Shown here: positions 1 through 13,177 of the stretch, one piece after another | How positions within the stretch are numbered: position 1 is the stretch's first letter | Layout: every line of letters begins with the position of its first letter | Origin: Octopus sinensis | Taxonomy: Eukaryota | DNA: 64,000 bases | Direction of reading: 5' to 3' | Assembly: GCF_006345805.1 (NCBI RefSeq) | Contig: NC_043010.1 | Span: 54,932,001 to 54,996,000, forward strand | Position numbers and translations under genes: made by a program | Notes under the pieces: model-generated | The model's database searches: none | What the model was told of the DNA's origin: nothing | The model's input: only the letters and a program-made list of their open reading frames with translations

Positions 1-6
1 TATATA

Positions 7-68
<62 letters not shown>

Positions 69-95
69 CTGTTTTGTGTGTGAGTGTGTGTATGT
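1..95. repeat. (TA)n/(TG)n compound microsatellite
   Basis: Directly visible dinucleotide runs. Confidence 0.95.
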
Positions 96-808
96 ATCGC
101 GAGATTGTTGAAAATAATTCAATAATTGAATTGGTGTGGTAGGTCATTGTGTTCGAAGTAACGAAATAAGTACAGAACCATGGCTTGGACAAATTTAAAC
201 ACGAGCATAGGACTGTTGTTCTCTGATCGCTAAAATATCGAATGTTTGTTGTAGAGCTGCTGGTAATTAAACTGTTTTCTGGAAACCATTCTTCGTTGCC
301 AAGTAACTGAAATACTTTTCCATTCTATTGATTAAGACTTGGATGATAAAATGAAGTATTAAAAACATCGGTTCATAAGAGCATACCAAGTGTATGAGTG
401 AGTGGTTGCTATCTTGCCTCGGTGCCTGCTCCTCGTGTCTAATCGAAAGCATGTTTTGTATAGCAACGAGAATACATAACTAATGAGTTTTATCCGTGCT
501 AATGTGACCTTCGTATCGCGTGCAAATACACTAGCGTGTTCTCATATCATAATGCATTTATTTCGTATCAGTAAATTTTCATTCCTGTCTGCAAGGTGTA
601 AGATAGATTCAAGGCGTTTGTTTCTTTTCTTTAATTGGTATTTCTTTTTTTTATTGAAGTAACATATTGACAAGGAAGGTGCTTTTACCTGCGATTCGGT
701 AGATGCGGAGTTCGATTTCCATTTAAAGCCTAATTAACCGATTCCATAAAAAGACATAAAGATTTGTAAATATTTGATACTATTAAGCGTAGTAATTAAT
801 AAATAAGT

Positions 809-842
809 GGAGGCACATGGCTTAGTGGTCAGAGCAGCGGAA
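809..842 (+). mobile_element. Truncated tRNA-derived SINE head (A-box only)
   Basis: GGAGGCACATGGCTTAGTGGTCAGAGCAGCGGA matches the heads at 1041 and 14380. Confidence 0.7.
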
Positions 843-1040
843 GCGTGGAAGAACCATTCCACTAAGCATTTAAGGAGCATTCCATTAAGCATTTAACCCA
901 CGCTATTTAAGGGGTTCACAACTTTTATGCATTTCTTTGTGTCACATGATGATCTTACCATATTACGAGAGTTAAAATTTTTAGTCTCTTGTCGAAAAGA
1001 TTTAAGTACGATGCATTCATACAGTTATATTTGTTAATGT

Positions 1041-1342
1041 AGAGACACATGGCCTAGTGGTTAGAACAGCGGACACGGGGTCGAGGGATCGCGGGTTCGA
1101 ATCTCAAACCGGGCGATGTGTGTGTTTATGAGCGAAACACCTCAGTGCCACGCGGCTCCGACAGAGGGTAACGGTGAACTTCTGCTGACTCTTTCGCGAC
1201 AACTTTCTCTCACTCTTTCCTCCTGCATCTTGCAGCTCACCTGCGACGGACCGGCGTCCCGTCCAGTTGGGAAAACTATACGCCAAGGAAACCGAGATAC
1301 CGGCCCTTATGAGCCAGGCATGGCTTGAGAAGGAACAAGAAG
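1041..1342 (+). mobile_element. Full-length tRNA-derived SINE (octopus OR1/OR2-like)
   Basis: A-box TGGCCTAGTGG, B-box GGTTCGAATCT; first ~150 nt shared with the 14380 copy; A-rich tail. Family name recalled from memory. Confidence 0.85.
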
Positions 1343-1947
1343 AATTAATAAATAAATATCAAAATAAATACATCAGACTAGAGTCGCTACTCCATGGAGA
1401 AATTTAACGGTACGTGTGGCCACGTCCTTAACAACAGGTTAAGTTAAGGCTATATTTCTTAATGCTGGACCTTTTTCTCGTTATACATTATTCAGTTTCC
1501 TTAAAACAATATTCTAGAATTTAAACTAATTTAAAATATACTCACAAGAGACTGATCGATACGTAGGAATGCAGTTATCGATATATACAATTCACAAGAC
1601 ATTTATTATTCAGAAATGGTGTGCTATATCAAAGGTTAAACTATAAATATATGCACGTAATACTTTACATGCATGAGATGTGAATAATTAGACCGTCAGT
1701 CTGCTTATTACAATATTTGTGTACAATATTCTCCAAAGGTTTCGTTAAATCATTCTAGATTTCTCTCTGAATTTATTCTATTTGTCTATTCTCTGACGGT
1801 TTCTCCCTCTCTTTCTATCCCCCATTCTCCCTCTCTCACATACATAGACATAGTAATTCTCTTTTAATTTCACAGCGAATCCGTATTATATCTATCTCTT
1901 TTACTATATTCCCACGGTCGCTTTCTTCATGCATCTTAATCTCTTAA

Positions 1948-2336
1948 TCTTTATATATAAAGCTGAAGTTGTCTGTGTATGGCAGGTTTGGTAGCCTTCA
2001 ACTAACACTATCTCCTCCGAGACCCTGCGGTGCAAGTTGACCGAAATTGAAAGTATGATAGAAGAAGGCTTGCTCTTCATTCTGTAGAAGATAAAATACA
2101 AATCGGACCATTTTAACACCAACAACTTTTTAGATCAAAAAGGTGCTTTTTTTCTATGAAAATCCCTATTTTTTACGATTTTTTGACTGCTGTGCCACCA
2201 TTTTTCGGTGTATTTCAACCAGAAAAATGTTCACTTAAATAGAATATCAAGCTACATAATGCAAAATTTTACTTTTCAAAAATTCCAATTCTAAAGGGTC
2301 GAAACAAACCCGAGCAACGGCGGGCGATACTGCTAG
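1948..2336 (+). mobile_element. Non-autonomous Helitron
   Basis: 5' TC(TTTATATATAAAG); 3' hairpin CCCGagcaacggCGGG then CTAG; inserted between A(1947) and T(2337); 3' end shared with 33102-33470. Confidence 0.85.
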
Positions 2337-2823
2337 TGTCTAGGATTAATGTATTTAGTACTTTATCATCCTTGACCTTTGGAGCTTCCACAGCTGCAAT
2401 ATCGCAATGCTATGCAATTGTTTCGTACTATCCCGCATTATCTTCAGCAACTTACGCTTACGACAAAGATCATACAATTTGGTCTTTCAGTTTTAAAACT
2501 ATCAGGGTGATTTATTGTAGGTTTTATTATTTCTCAGAAGCTGAGTATCCACATACATCTTTCTCTCTCTCTCTCTCTATCTTTCTCTCCCCCCTCTCTC
2601 TCTCTCTCTTTCCCAGTGTATATATAGGTATAAGTGTGTACGCGTAAATATGTTTTGTATAATTATAAATTAGCAACATAATTGGTTCTGTTATTTATCC
2701 TCTAACAGTTTTCTAGCAGAAAGGATAAAATCCATAACAGCAGAATCCTTCAAATACTTCGAGGCATTAAGTACATTGGTAACTATTTCCTAGTGTTCAT
2801 TATATTCTAAAATACAGAATGGT

Positions 2824-3058
2824 AAGGCAGTGAGCTGGCAGAATATTTAGCACGCCGGGCAAAATGCTTAGCCGTATTTCGTCTGCCGTTACGTTCTGAG
2901 TTCAAATTCGCCGAGGTCGACTTTGCCTTTCATCCTTTCGGGGTCGATAAATTAAGTACCAGTTACGCGACTGGAGTCGATATAATCTACTTAATCTATT
3001 TGTCTGTCCTACCTTGTCCCCTCTGTGTTTAGCCCCTTGTGGGTAGTAAAGAAATATG
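2824..3058 (+). mobile_element. tRNA-derived SINE, family A (core GCCTTTCATCCTTTCGGGGTCGATAAATTAAGTACCAG, Meta-domain-like)
   Basis: A/B boxes; 21-bp target-site duplication TATTCTAAAATACAGAATGGT at 2803-2823 and 3059-3079. Confidence 0.92.
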
Positions 3059-3574
3059 TATTCTAAAATACAGAATGGTTTAATTTGAAGAAGGTTAACT
3101 GTTGTTATCCGGTCATGAGATAACATAGAAATTCGAACGTATGTACAGATATGCAAGCTAGTTTATTTTAAAACGATGCAGAATATTTATTTGAAGTTAT
3201 TTTAAGTAACTATTTTTATTTTAAGTCTATCCATAACTATTTGATATTTAAAAAAAAAAAATTCTTAATCTCCAAAAGTATTTATAACATACATTTTTAC
3301 GATTATCCTCGATAGGTTTCCAGATTGATTATTTTATCTGTATCAGTAAGACTATAAAAACAAAAATAACATTCTCACGTCACACAAACATATGTAATTT
3401 TCCTAAATTTTATTCACACACGTAAACAGTTTTCAAAAACAGTTTTTACTTCTCTGTTTTGCAACTGCCATTTAGGTGTCTGCACAGCTTCAAATTTTTC
3501 ATTGATATTACTGGTGTTATCGTTATGGCAGCTGTTACTGTTGCTAGTATTATTAATGAAATTATAAAAAATAT

Positions 3575-3710
3575 TAGTGTTATTATTATTGTTATTGTTA
3601 TTATTATTATTGTTATTATTATTATTATATTATTATTATTATTATTATTGTTATAATTATTATTATCTTTATTATTATTATCTTTATCTTTATTATTATT
3701 ATTATTTTAA

Positions 3711-3747
<37 letters not shown>

Positions 3748-3850
3748 CTTTATTAATATTACTATTATTATTTTTATTATTATTATTATTATTATTGTTA
3801 TCTTTATTATTATTATTATTATCTTTATTATTATTATTATTATTATTATC

Positions 3851-3886
<36 letters not shown>

Positions 3887-3924
3887 TTATCATTATTATT
3901 ATCATTATTATTATTATCTTTATC

Positions 3925-3987
<63 letters not shown>
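3575..3987. repeat. Degenerate (ATT)n microsatellite
   Basis: Visible triplet run with interspersed ATC/CTT. Confidence 0.95.
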
Positions 3988-4124
3988 GCGATTTTTACGA
4001 AACATTTCCGGAATAAGAACAGAATTATAATTTAGGAATCCCAACATATGTGATTCTCTAAAAGTCCTTTTTTTAAATGTTTCACAGAAATATTTTCAAC
4101 TATTGATGTTTCCCTTCAAACTTT

Positions 4125-4490
<366 letters not shown>

Positions 4491-4811
4491 TGTATACGTG
4501 TACTAATACTTCGAAAACCGCATTTAGATGCAACCGAGTTTTGTTTGAATTGGAGAGAATTTGAAAAACAAAAGCGTGTGATATATATTGAATTTAAAAT
4601 AGAAATCTCTGGTAAACCACGATGTTTTTGCTTGTCAATAAGTCATAGGAGAATTCATCTTCGACATAGTGTAGAAAGCATAACATTTTTCTAAGATTGT
4701 CTTTATACAGCATGAATCGGCGTTACCATACTTTAAAGACAATATATTTGAAGAAGCACTGACGAAGTATTTACAAATAAAAGGGTGAATGAGCCAATAA
4801 GATATATACTC

Positions 4812-5240
4812 CCCTTCCTTCCTTCCTTCCTTCCTTCCTTCCTTCCTTCCTTCCTTCTTTCTTTCTTTCTTCCTTCCTTCCTTCTTTCTTTCTCTCTTTC
4901 CTTCCTTCCTTCTTTCTTTCTTCCTTCCTTCCTTCCTTCCTTTCTTTCTTTCTTTCTATCTTTCTTTCCTCTTTTCGTTCATTTCTGTCTTTCTTTCTTT
5001 CTGTCTGTCTTTCTTTCACTTTGTCTTCCGTCTGTCTTTCAGTCTGCCTGCCTTTCTGTCTGTCTTTCTATCTGTCGTTCTGTCTGTCTTCCTGTCTGTC
5101 TATATTTCTGTTTCTCTGTCTTTCTGTTTTTCTGTCTGTCGATCTGTCTGTCTTTCTGTCTGTGTGTCTGTCTGCCTTTCTGTCTGTCTGTCTGTCTGTC
5201 TTTCTTTCTTTCTTTCTTTCTTTCTTCTTTCTTTCTTTCT
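4812..5240. repeat. (CCTT)n/(CTTT)n/(CTGT)n polypyrimidine microsatellite
   Basis: Visible tetramer runs. Confidence 0.95.
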
Positions 5241-6100
5241 CCCTATCTATCTTTACTACAGTCTTATGTCTCTCTTGTTTCTGACATGCCAGTCAGTCTA
5301 ATCTATCTCTCCGTCCATCTGTCTCCCCATCCATGTCACTCCGTCCATCCATCAGTCTGTCTATCTCCCCCTCTCTCCCTCTCTTGGTCCTACAAAGCCT
5401 TTTAAACTTTGTACCTCTGAACCTTTCATTTTTCTGTCAATATCTTCTCACCAACCGTGTTTAATTCATAGATTTTTTCTCAATCTCTTTGCCACTTATC
5501 CACCGACCTATCTCCGTTTTGGCACACATACTGAATGTCATTATTCTCTTTCTCTCCCCCCCTCTCTCTCTCCCTCCCTCAATCTATGCACACTCATATA
5601 CACATATTCGTTCTATCTTTGAGGGATATTGGAATTTGAGAGTTTACTTCTCCAATGTCATCTTAAATAGCTTTTCATTTTCCATTCCGGTCTAATAAAT
5701 TCTCCAAATGTGTAGGATTCATATTTACACTAACTTCCCCGCCTCATTTAGTTGTATCTCACAGGATAAACGAACCCTTCTACTGAAATCAATGGATAAA
5801 CGTTATGGTAATTTTGTTAATATTTCAACACGTTTTAATCAATATTTTCCATCATCTAATCCTTACTTCATTTCCAAATAATATTTAAATATTTATGAAT
5901 CTTTTCAACAGATTTTCTGCTCACGAACTAACATAATACAAAGTGTCACGAAGGATCCAGTATTCGGAGCATAAATCTGGCATTGTTCCAGCTTCATCAT
6001 CTCTTCGCCAAAAGTATTAAAGAAATGAAACTGCATCTCAAAGATATTAATAAGCCAAGGAATAGACCTCAACGTAGTCAATATCCCAAACTAAAAATAG

Positions 6101-6516
6101 TATTCCTATTTTTTACTGCCCACAAGGGGCTAAACACAGAGGGGACAAACAAAGACGCACAAACGGATTAACTCGATTATATCGACCCCAGTGCTTAACT
6201 GGTACTTATTCAATCGAACCTGAAAGAAAGAAAGGCAAAGTCGACCTCGGCGAAATTTGAACTCAGAGGGTAAAGACGGGCGAAATACCTGTTTCTTTAT
6301 TACCCACAAGGGGCTAAACACAGAGGGGACGAACAAGGACAGACAAACGGATTAAGTTGATTATAACGACTCCAGTGCGTAACTTGTACTTAATTCATCG
6401 ACCCCGAAAGGATGAAAACCAAAGTCGACCTCGGCGGAATTTGAACTCAGAACGTAACGGCAGACGAAATACCGCTAAGCGTTTCGCCCGGCGTCTTAGC
6501 CATTCTGCAAGCTCTC
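6101..6516 (-). mobile_element. SINE family A dimer
   Basis: Two B-box/core/tail units and one head; junction GAAATACCT-GTTTCTT near 6290. Confidence 0.88.
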
Positions 6517-6952
6517 TCAAATAACAACATGAAGGAAATATTGCATAAAGTACTTGTACACATATAAAATGTAAATAAATATAGGCAAGTTTCCTGAGGG
6601 TCAGTGTGTTCGGCGCATGATCATCAAGTTCTGTTTCAGGCTCAGAGACACCGCTGTGCTATTCAGCAAGGCAATAGATTTCACGTTGCTCTGTCTACTA
6701 CCACTCACTCTCTCTCCTTCTTTCTCTCTTTCTTTTGCCTAATCTTCCTAGCTGCGTATCCTGGATGTTCAATTTCCGCGAGGTTGTCCTTTCTACTCAC
6801 AACTACATTGGCCGATCGTAACTAGCAGCAAAAGCTTGGCATATGTTCCACAACATATTAGCACACACATTCCTGCTGGTTGTATTGAAAAACCAGTAAT
6901 AAATTTATAGAGTGCTTATGATTGATTTGAAATTCATGAATTGTTTATATAA

Positions 6953-7336
6953 TAGGCGGTGAGCTGGCAGAAATGCGTAGCAGTATTTTCGTTTGCCGAT
7001 ACGTTCTGAGTTCAAATTCCGCCGAGGTCGACTTTGCCTTTCATCCTTTCGGGGTCGATTAAATAAGTTCCAGTTACGCACTAGGGTCGATGTAATCGAG
7101 TTAATCCGTGTGTATGTCCTTGTTTGTCCCCTCTGTTTAGCCCCTTGTGGGTAGTAAAGAAATAGGTATTTCGTCTGCGTTACGTTCTGAGTTCAAATTC
7201 CGCCGAGGTCGACCTTGGCTTTCATCCTTTCGGTGTAGAATAAATAAGTACCAGTTAGGCACTGGGGTTGATGTAACCGACTACCCCGCCTTCCCCCAAA
7301 ATTTTCAAGGACTTGTGCCTAGAGTAGAACTGATTA
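6953..7336 (+). mobile_element. SINE family A dimer, second unit with alternative tail
   Basis: Head GGCGGTGAGCTGGCAGAA; junction AAAGAAATAGGTATTTCG near 7165; second tail CCCCCAAAATTTTCAAGGACTTGTGCCT. Confidence 0.88.
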
Positions 7337-7427
7337 TCTATTTATATAATAGCAGTAAGACCTTAAATACAGCAATCTTAGAAAATAGTAGATTATGTAC
7401 AGCAAAACTACTGTCAATGAATAAATA

Positions 7428-7655
7428 TTTATTCTTTATTGCCCACAGGGTAGGGCTAAACATACAGGGGACAAAAAAAGGACAGACAAATGGATTAATT
7501 CGATAACATCGACCCGAGAGCGTAAATGGTACTTATTTAAATGACGACAGAAAAAAATGGAAGGCAAAATCGACCTCGGCGGAATTTAATCGTAGGCGAA
7601 ATTCCGCTAAGCATTTCGCCCGGCGTGCTAACGTTTCCGCCAGCTCGCCACCCTG
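7428..7655 (-). mobile_element. SINE family A
   Basis: Reverse complement of the 2824 copy; possible TSD CAATGAATA at 7415-7423 and 7656-7664. Confidence 0.85.
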
Positions 7656-8164
7656 CAATGAATAGATAGTCATGCGATAATTAGTCTGCAAATATTCATT
7701 TATCAAAATAAAGTTCAGAGCCGTAGAGCGAATCCATGGACATAATATGAACATGCACTAGGTGAATTATGAACGAACACAACTGAATAACGGTTCAAAG
7801 ATTCTTATATTGTATATCTATAAAGTTTGTCTATGCCAAGGATAAGTATCTCGCCAAGTCTCGTCCATTAATTCCACTGTTCCACTGGTTTTCTTGACTT
7901 TTATTGTATCATTGGATCTATTTATAAAACCCTATAAAAGTAATTTATATTAAATTTATTCGTTTATAGACAAGGTTACATAAAATTACTTTGGTATATA
8001 AATTATAAATATCTAATTTATCGTTATTTTATTATACATTTTATTATACATGATACAGAAACAATGATACAGAAGGTTAATTTATCAAAATATCACAAAA
8101 AGGTAAAATGAAAAGAGGATTTTCTTCTCTCTGTTAGACCGAATCGGACCGCAAAAACGATGTC

Positions 8165-8367
8165 CCTTATTTCTTTATTGCCCACAAGGGAATAAAAGTA
8201 GCGGGGCAAACAAGAACAGAGAAAGGGATTAAGTCGATTACATCGACCCCAAAAGGATGAAAGGCAATGCCGACCTCGGCGGAATTTGAACGCAGAACGT
8301 AACGGCAGACGAACGAAATATCGCTAAGCATTTCGCCCGGCGTGCTAACGTTTCTGCCAGCTCGCCC
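8165..8367 (-). mobile_element. SINE family A with internal deletion
   Basis: Head, B-box and tail present; part of the core missing. Confidence 0.85.
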
Positions 8368-8545
8368 CAAAAACGATGAACTTATACAGGACTGGTTGGA
8401 GTGTCGGATAAATTATTTTCAAATCACAGATTTTGCAGGAAAGGCATGCAATAGAATCGATTCCATTACGGGAAGTAACTGTAAGAAAAAATATACTCCG
8501 TATTCAATCGAAAATTTAGTAAGGGAGAATCTCGCCTCTCACAAT

Positions 8546-9001
8546 TTAGAAACACTTCTCATGGGACCAGCAGACAAAATGGAAACGGCGTTGTTTCGGA
8601 TGATAGCGCTGCAATAGCCACTTTGACTCTTGGGGAGGGCACTTGTAGACAGCAAACTCCGCCCCGACAGAGGTAAGTATGGATATGGTCTGAGAGCCAA
8701 GAACGCCGGTGGTGTCAGTTGCTACAGTCTCGGCCATAACCCTGTCGGATAGCGACCAATACCATGACAGTTTCCTTTTTTGAGCCTCACATGGTGCGGA
8801 GTCTGGGCTGGTAGATGACAATACCAATTTGCCACTGGAGAAGGTGTCACAACATGTAGCATCCGAGATGCCCCACTTAACGTACCCACCGTCAAGCCTC
8901 GCTGGCTCGAACCGGAACAGATAGCATGCGGCGCCTAGATCATGATTTATAGTTAAACACATCAACAGATTTAATCTAAAATTAGGTTGGACAACACGCA
9001 A
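8546..9001 (-). other. 151-codon ORF in a GC-elevated island; unassigned, possibly a decayed LINE APE-endonuclease fragment
   Basis: Non-repetitive open frame; only loose resemblance of WGISD...SSGKLVLSS and WSLSDRVMA to RTE-type APE motifs. Confidence 0.25.
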
Positions 9002-9711
9002 GAAAAGAGCAGGCCAGTAGGAAGAATGCTATTACACTCTTTCGTTTCAAAATGAGTATCTATTCAATGCAAAGTTATGTTAAACTGCAGATTAATTTGC
9101 AATGTCGATGTGAGAATATACCCGTAAAAGTAATGATATTTTAAGGACTATAGTAGGAATGCGGATCTACATTTCTCGTGTCCAATCGCTCATTGAACTC
9201 ATCAACAATTGATAGATATATGAGATAATTAGAAAAAAGAAAAGTAATATTTCTATCGTACGCTTATCACCCGATTAATAGAATCTGGAAAGTTCGCTGA
9301 ATCTTTTGAAGGAAAAAACAAATAGTAAATTAGCAACTTGCCTTATCGGGCAGTGACTATATCTTTCTAAGTCTTCAAAAACCTATTTTCTGCACGAGTA
9401 AAATTTACAAAATTAAAAAAAATATATATTTAATTTTGTCTAATTTCAAAATCTATCTCAATTTCAATTCCTTTTGTGGAATCCAAATTCTCTCTCATTT
9501 TCTAATAGCATTTTACATGATTTATTAGATTTTAGGTTTTGAAGTTCAGGAATTAAGTTGTCATATAAAAATAAATTAAGTCGCCATCGAATCTAACCGT
9601 TTCAACGAACAATAATTGCGATTACAGGAGGTTAATGGGCAAATCGTAAGAGATTCTACACGTTTAAGTGAAGAAATATAACTCCACAGAAAACGATACT
9701 TTTGCTGCCTA

Positions 9712-9746
<35 letters not shown>

Positions 9747-9944
9747 TAAATAACTAGTTAATTATTAAGTAATTAACTGACGCTCCCAAAATCAGAGTTA
9801 TTGTAATTATAAAGGTCTAAAACGATTATATATACAGAAAGAGGAGGAAAGTTAGCCGCTAGACTCCTCTTTTATGAATATATGTATGTACACATGTCTG
9901 AACATATGTATATGTGTTTATAAATACACACACATATACACAAC

Positions 9945-9979
<35 letters not shown>

Positions 9980-9996
9980 GATAGATATATAGATAT

Positions 9997-10042
<46 letters not shown>

Positions 10043-11402
10043 GCGCATTTGTGTTTGCATGCATATATATATATACACACAAACACATGTACATTGGATT
10101 TATGTAGGCATGTGTACGCATATATATATATATATATATATGTATATGTATACAAGCATATAACACACATACAAACACACACTCAACTAATTTCTAATTA
10201 GATATACCTCAGTATGATTGAATAAACAATCCTTTGAGATGGATCAAAACTGAAGTTTGGTGTTTTACTTGTCGATATTTCACATACACACATACATAAA
10301 AATATACATACATACATACATACATATATATATACATACCAACTTTCATGTGTATGAGCATGTTTGAGCTTTCATGTGTGTGTATGTGTATGTGTGAGTG
10401 AGTGTGTGTCTGTGCATGGGTTTTTCTATGTCGTCTTCTTGCCGTATGTTTATCGTTCTCTTCTTCAACGTTGCGTCTGTGCGACAATGATATTTCCCCC
10501 ATCTTTTTTCTGCTCTAGCGCAGCGAAATACTCTTCTTCAATGAATGCTTCTGAAAAGACGTAAGCTAGGTGACACACGATGCATGAACACATAAAATAT
10601 GAAGCTATTTCCCGGTTCCACTTTCACAAGGGGATACGTGACAGATATATAGGAGCGGCCGACGTAAACATCTTCAACATACTCATTGCACAGATTAAAA
10701 GACAACCAAATGAATTTTAGAGCTTAGCGCATTGAAACAAGTAAATTAAAATCTGACGTTTCAGAGCTTCATATCACTAGAGGATTTTGGAATGTAGGAT
10801 GGTAGCAATAGAAGTGTAGTGGGTGTTGAATAATGGCGAAATCAAGTTAGAGTTAGAGGGCAGGATATTTAAAATTAGATATAAAGCATAAAACGGCATT
10901 AAATTCTTGGTTAAAGTTTTCTCTAGACATTGTAATAATTTGGCAAATACAACATGGTGATGCTAAAAGCAATATATTTCATTAATAAGAAGCTAAATTA
11001 AATGTTCGAATTTATCTATTTAATTACATTTTATTTATTTATTTGTCTATTTGTTTGTTTACTTACTTGCTAAGTTCTTTAATCATAACACGTATACACT
11101 TATTGATTTGCGCTATCTGTTATTGGCAATCTATTAACGAAAATGAACCTATTTCAAATTCCACTTTACGTTTTACGTAGAAGCGGGTCTGATTATGTTT
11201 TCGAAACCAAGTAATTTTGTATTTATTGATGCGACTATCGCTAATATTGGTTTCAAATTTTAGCACAATGCCAGCAATTCCGTGGGAGGAGTAAGCCGAT
11301 GTATTCATGCTATCCTCACGTACAAAATTGCTGACTTTGTGTAAAAAATTGAAATTGATATCACAACTACTACTGTCGCTTACGATCATGCTGTCGCTTA
11401 CG

Positions 11403-11767
11403 ATAATGAAAAATTAAATTATACCATTTAGAAAATTTGCATATTATAGAAAGATTAAATATAAGATAAAACATATAACAATGAGTAAGTAATGTGCAAA
11501 ATAATAAATAAAACATATATATTTGGTAGAACAACGACACATGTTTCGTGGCTATATTTAAGAAAGGATAATAGCAATAATAATAGTAGTAGTAGTAAAA
11601 TCACTTCCATATAAATATAGCCACGAAACACGTGTCGTTATTCTACCAAATATATACGTTATATTTATTATTTTGCACATTACTTAATCATTGCTATATG
11701 TTTTACCTATATTTAATCTTTCTATAATATGTAATTTTCTAAATGGTATAATTTAATTTTTCATTAT
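11403..11767. repeat. Long inverted repeat (~157-bp arms, 51-bp spacer)
   Basis: 11403-11560 is the reverse complement of 11612-11767 with about 10 differences. Confidence 0.95.
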
Positions 11768-11799
11768 TGAATTGATAAAAGGTGTTTTTTGTTCTAATT

Positions 11800-11850
<51 letters not shown>

Positions 11851-12252
11851 GAGGATAAGATCGTTAAATATCGATCTTATCAAGTGGCCAGCATTGGAAT
11901 AAAAGCCTTCACATTAATAATTATTATTGAAATTATAATTTAGGGTATGTATGAGATATAACCACACTGGAAATATCAGCCAAAACGTGACTCTAAAACC
12001 GCAGTAAATTTTCACACAGCCCCATGAGAACACACATAAAGACAAATTAAACTAGCAAAAGTTACTGGATGATTACAGATCCCGGATTTCTGACTCTGCA
12101 TAAGAATGCTTGACCTTTAGTTTATTGTGTCTCTTTGTCTTCTCTATTGGTGCTGTATGAACATTTAATACGGTTTCAAATTCAAGTTTTGGCTGCTATT
12201 TCCAGCCTAGTGTTATCTCTTAGCTACCCTAAATTATGATTTCAATAATAAT

Positions 12253-12283
<31 letters not shown>

Positions 12284-12294
12284 ATATACATATT

Positions 12295-12346
<52 letters not shown>

Positions 12347-12805
12347 AAACGTTATACATGTGTGTATAAATGCATATATACATATATTTATAAACGTTCA
12401 AGCCATCCAATTATGTAATTTACGCAAAGAGAATCTCTGTTTTAAGGTGAAAATGAATGATTCGTCAAGAAATTATAAAGAACACACATGCCGAAACCAT
12501 TCACAAAGAGATAAAGGTCAAACACTAGTATAACAAGGGTTAAATATAAATAAAATGTTTGTAACTGTAAACAATACGTAACATTAAAAATAAATAAAAT
12601 CGCATGTGTCTGAAGGGAATAATTTTAGAAAAAAAAAACGTGTTTTTCTACGCTGTTTTAAAAGTTTTAACCTATAATTTCATCAGAAAACAATTGTCGA
12701 AATCTCTTACTTAAAGTACAAAATAACTATGAGAAAAATAAAATGTTAAGAAAAAAAAAGTAAAAAGCATCAGACGAAGTGTAGAATGTCTGCAAAATAA
12801 AGAGA

Positions 12806-13054
12806 CGACGATGATGATGATGATGATGATGATGACGATGATGATGATGATGATGATTATGATGAATATGATGGTGACAATGATGATGTAGATGAGTGTG
12901 ATGATGATGATATTAATATTGATAATGGTAATATTAATATTAATAATCATAATAATCATAATAATAATATTATTAATCATAATAATAATATTAATAATAA
13001 TAGTAATAAACGCCACTACTACTACTTCTTCTACTACTTCTACTATTACTGCTG

Positions 13055-13105
<51 letters not shown>

Positions 13106-13143
13106 ATAATAATAATAATAATATAATAATAATAATAATAATA

Positions 13144-13177
<34 letters not shown>

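Noticed and set aside
267-452. 61-aa minus-strand ORF
   Set aside because: No recognisable motif or good splice context; within chance expectation
1041-1120. tRNA-like sequences (also 14380, 49160-49229 and family A/B heads)
   Set aside because: They continue into SINE bodies and lack a complete cloverleaf and T-run terminator, so they are not tRNA genes
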